Positions 47,727 through 60,420 of a stretch of 64,000 nt of DNA are shown here, in pieces. Each line of letters begins with the position of its first letter. The first letter of the stretch is position 1. The DNA is from Azolla caroliniana. Taxonomy: Eukaryota > Plantae > Polypodiophyta. The DNA lies in contig JBHGNT010000017.1 in assembly GCA_043228905.1 (NCBI GenBank), positions 15,376,001 through 15,440,000 of the forward strand, read 5' to 3'. The notes beneath the pieces are model-generated. The model saw only the letters and a program-made list of their open reading frames with translations, was not told where the DNA came from and ran no database searches. The position numbers were made by a program, and so were the translations under genes.

Positions 47727-50282
47727 CTATGTAACTTGAATTCTAACTTTTGAAGCATAAATATTAGTGAATGATATTCCAACGTTATTTATTATTGTGA
47801 ACCAGCATTCTCCCACCCCATCTAGGTAATGAATATCAACTATTTTAGCACCTGTAGTACACTCTACCCCATCATCAATCAATATAGTTTGGCCCTTCAA
47901 AGTTTTCAATGCAGTCGAGATATCACAATGATTGTGATGTAAGGGCAACATTCTATCACAATGATTCCAATGTGATGCTTGAGTTTTACCCAATATTAGC
48001 ACCTTACAATTACAATGCATACATTTCAGCTTGGTAAGTCTCGGTAGTCGAATCCTCTTTCTAGATCCTTGCATGCCCCATCCAAGTCTTCCTTTACCCT
48101 TATTGTTAGGAGCTACCCCTATATCTTCCACAATCACTACCGACCACGCAATGGATCTTTTGTTACCAAACCGATTTAAAGTTACATTTTGTTGCAAATT
48201 TCTTATACTCCCTTTTTTAGGCACATCCGGGAAATAACATACCTCAATTGATGACATAATGCTTACATTCTTTTCTTACAAATAGAAACATTTGTCTTAG
48301 TAATAGAATCTAGTGCTTCTTCAAATGTGCTCAAAGTTTCTTTAAGAATCGAAATAGTTGCAAATATAGACTCGTCCTTATCCCCATCAAAGTATGCATT
48401 TACACCAACTAAATTCCATAGACCATGCATTTCCAATACATCATCAATCAAATGTAGCTCCTTTTGTGGCTCTAGCATGTGTTGTTCAATTAATAATCTA
48501 ATACCCATCAAGTGCTTGCATTTACTTGCATAATCTAACGAATCACAAAAGGAACATTGAAAATATACATTATACCATGTATCTTCCTTTGACATGCTTA
48601 AAACTCTAAAATACAATTTTGTCACATCCATTACCTGAATTGTTGTTGGATTTGTGACATATCATTCAATTATCCTCTCTGCCTCTCTAGTTATATTAGC
48701 CTCATCCTTACTATTTGTTCGAGGCAAGAATCTTCCACTTTCACTTAATTCTTGCTTTTGCTTAGACCATTCAAGAACTGTACACCCTTCCATAAGCCTA
48801 TCACACTATCTCTTATCAATGCATGTATCAAGTCAGTAATAGATTGATTTATTCTTCCTTTAAATAAAGTGTACTTGATGTATTGACAATGCCTCTCTAC
48901 AATATTTGTAGTGTCCACATGACCATATGAAAACATTTTTCCGAACTAGGGCCAAGTATTTCTCCATGTGTCATTGCACCAACAATTTTTTATGTAAAGG
49001 CAAACTTGTTTTTGGTCTTTGTATTCTTCCAATATCTTAGCATATACATGATTAAATTCTTCCTCTTTGCTACAATACATGAAATAGCACATACAATCAT
49101 ATAATTTCCCTCTTTCCATACCATGAAATTTTGGCAATAGATGGTCAACCCAAGCCTTCTTCGCATGGAACCAACATAGCAAAATTTTGCAAGCTATTTG
49201 TTGCCTTCTACCATTCAGCACCTCTAAACAATATGAATAAATTGTAACAACAATTACAAAGCATTGTATTCTACCCAACACTTATCTATTACCAAGGCAT
49301 TAGGTCTAATACCTAATGTTGAGATCCTCCATCATTGGTGCAAAGCATGTGCCACAATGGGATGTTGAGCCTTTTCTCATTTGGTGCAACCGCAACATAT
49401 AAAGGCAATCCAAATACATTAGTCTTAAACATAGAATCGATTACCTAAGCATTATTCTTTGATAAGCGCATACACATGTTTAACATCCATTGATCTTGTA
49501 TTATCAAAACAAATGGTTGCTTTGTAGGAATATACGGTTGAACATAAGCTACTTTACCTTATTCCTTCAATGCATATGCTTCTCGTATCATTGTAGTTCA
49601 ATCATCTAGGGCTATAGCTTTTTTAACATTTAACTTGCTAGCTATTTTTTGAACCTCCTTTCTTAGCATAAAAAATCTAAACACGACTCTCTCAACAGGT
49701 GTAACTTTGACCTTATGTATAATCGTTTTTGTCATGCTTATCCTTGCTATGTGCCTTGCACATCCAACATCAAAAAGATCCTCCATACAACATTTAATGA
49801 TATTTGGATGCACCTTTAAATGATATACCTCATGTGGTGCACTTGGATCATGGCCTTTGTTTTGGGCATATACATAGATGGGCACTTGTTTTCAATCTCC
49901 AATTAACCTTTTACATCAACACGAAAAGTGCGTCCACATCGTTTGGTAGTCTTACATCTATGAATGCATTTGCTACCCCTTTTTTATTTCCCCCTAATTA
50001 TGGCAAACATATGTTTCATGATATTTGGTATTGGTAGAACACTTCTTTAAACATGTGAGTATTTAATCTTAATGTCATGTAGTACAACCTTGAACATGGC
50101 TTCTTCTACCACAAACTTTTCATTTGGGACACTACTAATATGATGTTGCATGTCTAAAGGTGTCTTTTTTGTACCTTTAGACATCCACAAGCATGAATGC
50201 ATGCTTTCACATATACCTTTAATAGCCCGTGATATTGGGAATCCACTGACCAACCTTTCTTAATCTCATCTAAATTATGCAT
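47727..50282 (-). pseudogene. MULE transposase remnant with SWIM finger
   Basis: DSMFKTNVFGLPLY (49397-49438), LLCWFHAKKAW, HVDTTNIVERH, CSFCDSLDYASKCKH. Confidence 0.85.
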
Positions 50283-50321
50283 CTTTTAGCCCTACATCGC
50301 AAGTTTTAACATGAGTATTCA

Positions 50322-50559
50322 ATATAGGGTACTCTATTTTCTAGAAAGTTCTATAACATTCTAAAAGCATTGTATGTTCTAGAAAGTTCTAGAATATTCT
50401 AGAGTGCTCTATATTCTAGGACTTTCTAGAATACCCTATTAGGACCTATAAATATGCATCTAGTAATAATTTCAAAACCAAATTGGTTCAACTCAATTCT
50501 AGAACTCCCTTGCTGCTACTCGTTGTAATCTATCTTATAGTGCAATATAATACTTTTAC

Positions 50560-50595
<36 letters not shown>

Positions 50596-50791
50596 ATTAC
50601 CTTACCCTAGTGATAATTTGTTAATACTACAAGCACTGCGTCAGGGGTTCGAAACCCAATTTCCTCACCTCTCTATTATATACTTCATATACTCTTAATT
50701 CTCTAGATGCCACTGTGGAATGTAGGGGTTGAACCCATGACCACCTGGTCTCCATCTGGGCTCTCTCTCTCTCTCTCTCGACACCTCTACA
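50322..50791. repeat. Possible solo LTR or other short repeat inside the MULE
   Basis: TTCTAGA-rich repeats, CTATAAAT, (CT)n tracts, ends CCTCTACA; flanks ATTCA/GTTCA are only TSD-like. Confidence 0.4.
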
Positions 50792-51073
50792 GTTCACCTT
50801 AGAAATTTAAAGTTGGGTGGGAAACTTACGTGAGATTTGGAGGTGAATTTGACTGATATGATGAAGAGTTAATTTCCAATTGTAAACACCTTGGTTGATT
50901 TAATCCCACAATTTCAGAACGGAGGGGAAAACATCAACACAATATTTTGTTTTCACTTAGACAATTTAATCATTTTTCTCCTCTTTAGAAATGTTTATAT
51001 TGACACATTAGAGTTGCAACAGATGAATTCTAAGTTGAAAGTCACTAATTTCCAATCATAACAATCTGTCAAA

Positions 51074-51527
51074 TGCTCATTATAGGAACCTCATTGTTCC
51101 CTCAATAGAGAGCTCCGAAGAATGGACTTGTTGAGAGTTTATACATATTTCATTGTAGTTTAAAAAATATAGATGGGGAAGGGAATAGTGAGTTACCATC
51201 ACTGAGTTATTCCAGCCTTGACTATAGTGTTCAGTGAAAGAACATTTTCTTCACAAAAATGTATTCAACAAATCCAAACTATCTACACAAAGAAACATCT
51301 AAACTAAACAAATATTATACACCAACAAATAATGTTTCTAAGCAAGTTTCACCATTCTTGGAAGAGTCCAATCATTCTTGAAAGAGAGAGAGTGTGAGAG
51401 AGAGAGTGATTACCTTGTCTTCAAGCTCAGCCTCCTCTTGTGATAGAAGAGCCTCTTCACATAATGTTGATGCCCATGGTGAATGATGTTATAGAGTAGC
51501 AGGCTTTAGAGTCGGAAATATGAGAGG
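51074..51527 (-). repeat. Right long inverted repeat
   Basis: Reverse complement of 40299-40758. Confidence 0.93.
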
Positions 51528-51534
51528 AAACCCA

Positions 51535-51572
<38 letters not shown>

Positions 51573-51575
<3 letters not shown>

Positions 51576-54030
51576 AAGAAAGAAAGATATATTAATGTCT
51601 TCTAAGGCCAAAATTGGCCCATGAGACAAATGGTTTACAACAAAAAATGGGATATTTACCCATTCATCGAAAGTAAAAAATAAAAATAAAAATAGAGTTT
51701 TAAGCTAAATACTTCTAGTAAAATAAAATAACAAACATGTTCTACAATGAAAATGATGTTATACTAAGCCTAATTTCATTTCCATCCAAGTCTCTCGAAG
51801 AGAAGCAGGAGGTCAAAGGGTTTCGATGTGGATGTGGCCCGTGGCCCCAATGTAAAAGGTACCCCAACCATAGCTTCTAGTCGACATAGCTCACATTCCC
51901 TTATCTTCTTAATCCTTTCTACTCCATGTCGACTTGTTTTGAAGCCCAACATCCGAGGTCGTTTGGTTGTTCTTTGCGTTTCGGCTTCCTCAAGAGAGAG
52001 GCCAAGCAGCGTAAGTGTATCCACATTCATCGTCTCCCCTTGTTCTTGAAAAATTACACTCGTTACAAGTTGATGAATAGTAAAAGGGTTATGGTTAACA
52101 CTTCGTAATTTATTCTCCCTATGTTGTTTTAGCTCTAAGATATACCTACCTAGTCTCTTTACATCCGGGGTATCTAATAGTTTGGAGAGCGTGGGAGAGG
52201 GTCCTAATATGTCTTGGTATTTCACTCATATCTCGGCATAAGTTGGGCACTTGCATGTGAAGTGATACTCATCCCCTATCTCTATGTGGCACAACCTACA
52301 TAACCTTTCCTCCCTAGGGACTCTATTAGCCCGAGCATTCTCAATCTCAAGTTGGTGAGATGATATCCTAAGTTGTCCAATGGCAACCCTTAGTGCATTT
52401 GATAAGAATGTATCTAGATATCTTGGTCGTGTAATAAAACCTAACTGAGAGAAGTGCAAGAAGTGTTCCTTATAGTACAACATTTTAGATGGGAGTGGCT
52501 CTTGTGGGGTAATCCATTTATATCGAGTGTAAATTTGCCATATTTCTTGGCGTATCACTTTATTACGGTCTTCATGAGATATTAGAGTTTGGTCAGTCAC
52601 ATGGTTGTACTTAAGGGGGGGTAGGTTATTAATGTCTATGTCGTTTGCAAGTAACCAACTCACCACAGTGATATACCAAGAGCTAATGTCTCCAGACACA
52701 TGTAGGGATCGAGATGCCTCAAAGGCTCGACGGGATATCCTATCTTGTGGTTGACTATGTATCCGATGAATAAAAACTACCACTTGAAATAGTGCGTCTA
52801 CTAACATCGGGGGGAAACAGAACTCTACTCTAATAATGTCAAGTGGTACTGTCGATTTGCTTCGAAGTTGATGTGATAACATCGTCACCAAAGGTCTCTC
52901 TAATTGCGTCCACATGAAAGATGGTAGACCTGGAGCCCATACTACTGACGCATACATGAGGGAAGGTGTCATTAATGAGTCGAAGAGCCATCCCTTAGTC
53001 CGTGGCTCTTGAAAGTATGCCTAGTGGCATTGTCTCTCTAAGAGTGAGAGGGATGCATACCCTCTCGTTAGCCTATCTTTGGCTACCTGGGTCATCGAGA
53101 ATTTACCTGAGCGAGCACTAAAAGTGACTCCCAAGTATACATATGATCCAACTACCTCAACTAGTTTATGAGAGAGGATTAGGTGACATTTACTCCTAAC
53201 TCGGGACGATGTATGAAAGATAAGGACTTTAGTTTTCGCTAGATTCACTACCAGTCCTCGTTGTGTACAAATGTCATCTAGGGCATTAAGATGCTTTTGT
53301 AGGTCGTGTTCTAACTCTGAGAGCAAGACAATGTCGTCTGCGTAGAGTAAGTGACTAACTTGCGTATCCCCAATAGCTACTCCCTTGCCTCCCTTACAAG
53401 CAATAAATTTCATGATCTCATCAATGTAGATCCCAAAAAGAGTCGGTGATAAGGGGCAACCCTGTTTCACACCAATGGTGCCAGTGAAACAATCGAATAG
53501 GCCACCTGGGCATCTTACACACCCAGAGACTTGCTCATATAGGGCATAAATGGCCCAGATCATGTCATTTGGTATCTCCAAGCTCTTAAGTCTATTAAAC
53601 AACTTCTCCCTAGGAATTGTGTCAAAGGTTTTGCGGAAGTCCACAAAGCAACAATATAGCTTCTTCTTACGAGCCTTCGTCTGGTCAATTAAGCACCTAA
53701 GTGTGAAGATATGGTCAATAGTGGAGAAGGCTCGTCTAAAGCCAGCCTACTCAGGTGCTCGAAGACTTAATGTTTCCATATAATCTCTAAGCTCCACTTC
53801 CATTACCGCACCATATAGTTTAGCGAGCGTATGGCCTATCATAACGGTCCTATATGTATTTGGGTCCATTGGGTCCCCTCCTTTCTGTATAGGGGCCACT
53901 GTGTTCATGGTCCATTGTGGTGGAAAACCCTCGGCGAGGGTGCGGTTGAAGATTAGAGTGAGAAAGGGGGCTAGGCACTCTTGAGCATATATGATGTGCT
54001 CGGCTCGCAATCCTATGTGGTCCATGGATT
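51573..54030 (-). mobile_element. 5'-truncated non-LTR retrotransposon (RTE/RTEX-like LINE)
   Basis: DFRKTFDTIPR, GVKQGCPLSPTLF, LLYADDIVLLS, LRISSHQLEIE..CRLCHIEIGDEYHFTCKC; simple-repeat flanks. Confidence 0.88.
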
Positions 54031-54885
54031 TGAGAGAGAGAGTGTGTGTGAGATAGATAGATAGATAGATAGATAGATAAATTATATTATCGTCTTCAGA
54101 GGTCAAATATGACCTATGAGACCAAAAATATTACACTTCACGTGATACGTGTGAAAGTGAGTAGTGACTCTCGATGTTCAAGAACTTTACCAATGAATGT
54201 TGCAATCGAGAGTGCACATTGTGGTTGTGAGAGGAATTCATGCAAAGATTTGGCTCGATCGAAGAGATGTGGAAAGCATGGCCAAATATGATCAAAGGCA
54301 GAGCATTGTATCAAAGTGTGATACTCAGACTCGTGAACTTGTTTAGGGCAAAGTGTGCATAGCCGACCACTCTCATCACTTGTACACCAACGCCCTGTTT
54401 CACATCACAATGCATGTGAGCTAAGTGGAAGATTTGCTTAGTGTTGAACCATTTTTGTTCAATGCCAATCTTCAGCACTCTTGTCATCTTGGTCTACAAG
54501 CAATACGAATTCTTGTCTTCTTGCTTTGTTATTATCTTCTTGTTTTCGAAATTGACCTTATCTTTCAAGCTTTGGTCATGACACTATCATGTCTATCAAT
54601 TTTAAAGTTATACATAGCTCTGAGTTAGATTGTACATCAGGGCTTTGATTCTCACCTAGGGTTTGTATAGTAACTTGCCTAAAGAGAACTTATTGGACAT
54701 CTTCTCCTTCTAGAAGAGTCAAAAATGTGCTACTTAGGCTATAAGGAGTAAGCTTAATTTTACCAAAGTCATATGTTGATGCCAAATCATTGTATAACCT
54801 TTTGTTGGCAAAACAAGCAACAATGTGCGCCATTTATCTTAAAAATTGGTTGGCACTTTAAACAATTTTGCTATGTGTGACTCTC

Positions 54886-57833
54886 TTTTTTCTTTTTTCT
54901 TTTTTCTTTCTTTTTTTTTCTTTTTTTTTCTTTTTTTTCTTTTTTTTTCCAAAAAAAACTCCTTCCATTAGTTATAAAATTTTACGAATGAGATGATTAT
55001 GTACAAATCTCTGTAGGGACGCGATAGTTCCATCTTATGTGGAGGCCCACTAACTCAAGAAAGGGAGAGGACGACCATTGTTGGATGAAGACTATTCGTT
55101 GTCTTTCAACTCCATCAGAGATGCCCTTGAGGCCATCATATTGGCTCTTTAGAGTGGCTACAATTTCACTCCATATCTCTTGCAGTAACATTGTGGGATG
55201 CGCGGTTTGGTTGGAGAAGACCCGTCTACACCGTTGTTTCCATAGAATCCAAAGAGTTATTGGGCTGACCAATTCCAACACAACTTGAGATTTGTCATTA
55301 AGAGGAGTCGAGTGGACATTGCCGATGGTGGAGAAAAAAACCTCTTGTGCTTTTATCATCAAAGTCATCCCCTCCTCCTGATGCTTGTATCTGCCAACTG
55401 GGGTCTGCCATGATAGCCAACATATATTTCCCCACTTGATTGAGCCTTGCACCTGGCATAATTGCAACAAGAGGCCAACCCCCCGCCATATTCGATGGGA
55501 CGCTAGGCAGTCCCACAGAGTGTGTCGTATTGATTCTACTGAATTTGGACACTCTACACAATTAGGAGAGTTAAGGTTCCCACGTTGCCATGCTCCCACC
55601 GGTAGTGACTTATGTATTAATAGCCATTGGAACGTGGTAATTCGCCTCGCGTATTGTTGTTTCCAAATTTTCTGCCAAAACTTGGTGATAATTGTGTGAG
55701 GAACTTGATATGTGTGCCAGACCTTTGCAACAGCCGGCTCTCAGGCAGTTTGAGCAGCTAGGATGTGGCGACCCAATCTAGTTGTTAATTGGAAGAAAGG
55801 GATGGGTTTGCTTCCTTGCTCCGCGTAAAGATCACGCCATGTCCATTGCAAAGGGTCCCAACTGACCTTACATAGCCATGTCTTTTCATGAGTACATATG
55901 TGCCAATCAGGTTGTACTTTGATCGGATCAGGATCTACAATCCATTTATGACCAGTATACGCGAGTACTCAAATTGTATTATTCGTGTTGGTGTCTCAGT
56001 GGTGCGCAATTCAGAGCCTTCGATCCTGTCTGGTGATCCCCTACCTCTCGAGATCAAAGATCCCTCATCCTCGTAGCCTATCCATTTCTCCATTGTCATC
56101 CTATGAGTAGCGGCTTCCCTAATCAGTAGAGCGTTATTGATTTCCAATCTCATAGTCCATCCGCCCCTGATGCCATGGAGTATGTTGGCTTGATCTTGTA
56201 GTGGTAGTGACATAAACCATCTCCAACATTCTATACTTTTTCTCGGACCTTCTGCAATGTATCCCCATGACAACCCCTTACTTGATCCAAGTAGTTGATT
56301 AGATTCATCCTTGATACATGGGTTCCATAGGATACGTTGACTGAGCCAGGCACGTTCGAAACTCGGTTGATCGCACTTGAGCCCTCGTCTAATGTCACAC
56401 CATGCCTTCCACATGGATGCACTGAATATATCCTCCAATTGGCAGGAGAAACTAGGTTTGAGATCCATGTTTAGAATCCATCCCGTTTGGGGGGCCCAAT
56501 TAACCCCTTTTCTTGGCCTAAACTAAGTGAAACATAACTGTAGTAGCATTTTCCAACAGTCATTTCCTGGTTGGATTCCTCGCACCACAAATTTGGCAAG
56601 GCTTTTGATTGTGAGAGGGGATCAACCAGACCCAATCCCCCTCTCGACTTAGGTTTTGTGAGTATAGGCCATGCCACCTTGGCATGAGTTACATGATCTT
56701 CCTTACCAGACCAAATGTAGTTGCGTACCAGTCATTGAATCTGATGTATACTGTCCTTGGAGATTGTCCAACATGATAGACTGTACCATGTTGTTGCGAG
56801 TAGTACCTGGTTTGCCACTATGATGCGACCCGCTAGCGATAGTTTTTTCGAACTCCAATGTATCAATTTTTGTCGAATGGAATGGATAATGAGTGCAATC
56901 ATCGTCTCTAACGGTATGTTGAAACCAATTTGGAACCCCAAATATTTGATGCTCGCTCCTTGATTGATCCATTTGAAAGCGGGATGTGGGGGCCACGCAG
57001 GATGTGTTTCATGAGAAAGCCATATTGCACAGGATTTGTGCCAATTGATCATGGCATTGGAACTTTTGCAAAATACGGCTAACCCTCTTTCGAGCTTTTG
57101 TAGGTTTTCCAAGTCCCCTTGCAGGTAGACCGTTGTGTCATCTGCAAATTCTATATCCAGGATGCTTTTATGAGAATGAGGCACAAGAAGACCAAGTAGG
57201 TTGAGATGCCGCGAATTGAGAAAGCAAGAGAGTGCTTCGGCGTATAATAGAAATAAGGATGGAGCTAGTGGGCATCCCTATCATACAGATCGGGATATTC
57301 GAAAAAAGGGGGCCCTTTCACTTGTCGTGAAACGCAATTGCTATCGTTCCTATAAAGTCCTGCAATGCCTTTGATCCATGTCTCTTGAAAGCCGAGCTTC
57401 CCCATCACACTTTCAAGAAAGTTCCAGCAAACCTTGTCATATGCTTTCTCAAAATCTAGTAGCACCACCGCTACCTTGTTGTTGGTATGCTTGGCAATGG
57501 CTACTGCTTCCCAGAATGAGAAGAGGTTGTCTAGGATGCTCCGATTTCTAACGAAACTTGTCTAGGATGGATGAATGAATTGAGGGAGAAGAGGTGTTAA
57601 CCGGCGTGCCACGATTTTTGCGAGCAACTTATAGATAGTATTGAGAAGAGTTATGGGCCGCCACTTGCTAAGGTCGTTGGCACTACCACCACTTTTAGGA
57701 ATGAGATGTATCATCCCTTGTCTAAATTCCTCCAACGTGTTTCCAGACGTGATAATCTCCTCATATGCTTGGAGGAGGTCTTCTTTAATAGTGTCCCAAA
57801 GGCATGTGAAAAAGTGAGGGGTGAGGCCGTCGA
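54886..57833 (-). mobile_element. 5'-truncated L1/Tx1-like LINE with A-rich tail
   Basis: WRPITLLNTIYKLLAK, LDFEKAYDKV, FADDT, CVEC..ESIRHTLWDC; (T)nC tract at 54886-54948 is the minus-strand A tail. Confidence 0.9.
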
Positions 57834-57836
57834 TAT

Positions 57837-58104
57837 AAGAACAACTCACTTTAAATAGTTTTTCTATCGTTGGGAGCGCGCCAATAAGATTGGTGATTAT
57901 TACGTTCTTATGAAGGATTGATATAATTAAGGAAGAAATTTTTTGACTATGAGGATACCCCTAATTTGGATAAAAGAACAACTCACTTTAAACAGTTTTT
58001 CTATCATTTGGTAGCGCACCAATAACATTGGTCATTATTACTTTCTTTTGAAGGATTGATATAATTAAGGAAAAAAAATTTGACTATGAGGATATCCCTA
58101 ATTT
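57837..58104. repeat. ~137-bp tandem duplication
   Basis: 57837-57967 and 57974-58104, both AAGAACAACTCACTTTAAA...CCCTAATTT. Confidence 0.9.
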
Positions 58105-59534
58105 AACTGTTTCATTTGCAAAAAAAATACCCCTAATTTATCCCCACTTTCTTAGATTTTTGTTTGAATACGAAGTTAAAATTTCCCTCTAATAAGTCAA
58201 GGCCTCCACTTTCGAAAATAACTCCTTAAAATCTCCATATTATTTGACCAAGGTAATGTTAATTTATTTTTATTTTTATTTTTCCAAAAAAACCTACTTC
58301 CATTAGTTAAGGTAAGTTAATATTATATACAACACTATGAGGATAATGGACATTATATCTATATTTTTGCATGCTGACTCTATACTTGTCCAAAATAATA
58401 TAACTATCTAAATATTGGCGAATATCCAACCAAATAACCGTGACACTTTCATGTCTTTATTTGATGTACCTATGTATGTGATTTGCATCAACCATAAACA
58501 CTTATAATATTGAGCAATTGGAGAGAATGTGGCTCTTTATCAACTAGCTAGGAACGAGGGGTACGTATGACATTTTAACAAACATTGAAATGAAGAGGAG
58601 AGAGATATTTGAAATATTTTCCCTACAATAAAATTTTTAATACACTTGCACGGCACACACGGTTGCCCACCTTTATTTATCAATGGACATGCTATAATAA
58701 GGATATTTCTTAGATTGTTCATACATGATTGCTTGTCGCAAAGGTTTTTCAATAAGATAGATTTAGACAAAATAGACTACATTTTTGAGAAATACCAAAT
58801 AAGATAGCCATCAATGCCGAGGTGGAATTACCAGCCCCCACGTTGGTTGTTTCCTACTCACCTGCCACCCTCTCTTCGTTGTAGGCCCCAAGAGCCGACT
58901 CGTACTAGGCAACATTGAAGGCCATCGCCTTAGATATAGGTAGCTTCTTACATTAAGTTAGGCCGCAAGGCATTGTAAGTAGGTTGATCTTCTTTTACTT
59001 GATCGGAGGTAGACTCCCCGATGTGTGTATAAGTCTCCTTGTAGACTCTCTATGTAATAATCCTTCCTAACTAATGGGAAAGTAGCTTCATTTTGGAAAA
59101 AAAAAAAAAAAAACAAAGAATCTAAGTTTCTTAATAAACACCATATAAGAAGATATTCAACGTTCACAAAACACAAAATTGTAAAGATAATCCTCTTAAA
59201 ACGGTTAAACTATATTTTGATAAAAATTGTTGAAATAGATTATAGGATCATGAAACATTCATAAAAACACGACACTATATATTTGAACAAATCATCTCAA
59301 TAACATTGATAGAGACTTACAAAAGTTTTTCAAGTTGCGTGAGCATTCATAAATCTAACTCTATAATTACCTTCTAGAAACCATAACATTGTCAGACTCA
59401 TATGTCTTGAAGAGCAATTTACATCAATTTGAAAGTTACTATAACGTTATTATGGAGCGTTTTTTGCCTATGCACAAGAACATCCGGTTTCAAAGAAAGG
59501 GAGATGTGGAAACGCAAACATCAAAGAAATCTTT

Positions 59535-60420
59535 GTTGCACATGCACAAGAACGCTACGTCCCATTTCAAAGGGATTGGTAGTAAGTCATGACAAATAGA
59601 GCAAAAAAAAAAAGAGTTGGCAAAGTATGAGAACAAATTAATCCTTATTTTTTAAGTAGTTTTGCGTTATCTAAGTGAGTGACTTACCTTTTGGGAAACA
59701 TAAAGAGCAAAAAAATTTGGGCTCCTATGAAAGGGACATATCGAAACACTAAAGAGAACAAAATGCTTTATGGCACATGCATGAGAACAATGCATCCCAT
59801 TTCAAAGCGATCAGTAGTGACAAAGAGAGGACAAAAAAGATCAGGGAAACTATAAGAGCAAATTAATGCTTATATTTAAGCATTTTTGTTGTTTCTACGT
59901 GAGTGCCTTACCTTTAGGGAAAGGCTTCAATTTTAAAATTTGGAGAGTTGTGCATGTTCGTTGAGCAACAAATCATGTATGTTTGCCAAATGGCAACATT
60001 ATCTAGAGTATAGAAAACTCAAAGTGCCTCGCCTTTTGAAAGGGCCTCTATTTTAAAATTGGTAGAGTGGTGCATGTTCACTTCATGGCAAATTCACGCA
60101 TTTTCACCAAGTGGGCAACATCATCTAGAGATGAGAATTTGGTCTTCTGAAGCGCTGGATTTATTATTGGAAGCGTTCAGCATGTTTACGGTTTCCGCAA
60201 TGTCGTGCACTCTAGGAAAGTGTGTGAGATGTGCATGTCCGTTGAGTGGCAACACCATGTATCATCAAAAAGTCGATGTAATGTGTATGTTCACCATACG
60301 CTAGAGTAAAGAAATAACTAAGGGTGCCTCACCTTTTTATAGAGGCCTCTATTTTAAAATTGGAAGAGTTGGGCATGTTCAATTAATGGCCATGCAATGT
60401 ACTATCACTAAGTAGGAGCT
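59535..60420. repeat. Old degenerate local repeats
   Basis: TCCCATTTCAAAG..CAAATTAAT..TTACCTTT occurs twice; TTTTAAAATT..AGAGT..GCATGTTC occurs three times. Confidence 0.6.

Larger units (their letters stand above)
40299..51527 (-). mobile_element. Mutator-like DNA transposon (MULE), decayed, with long inverted repeats
   Basis: Inverted repeats 40299-40758 and 51074-51527 enclose MULE transposase remnants; exact termini and TSD not resolved. Confidence 0.8.
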
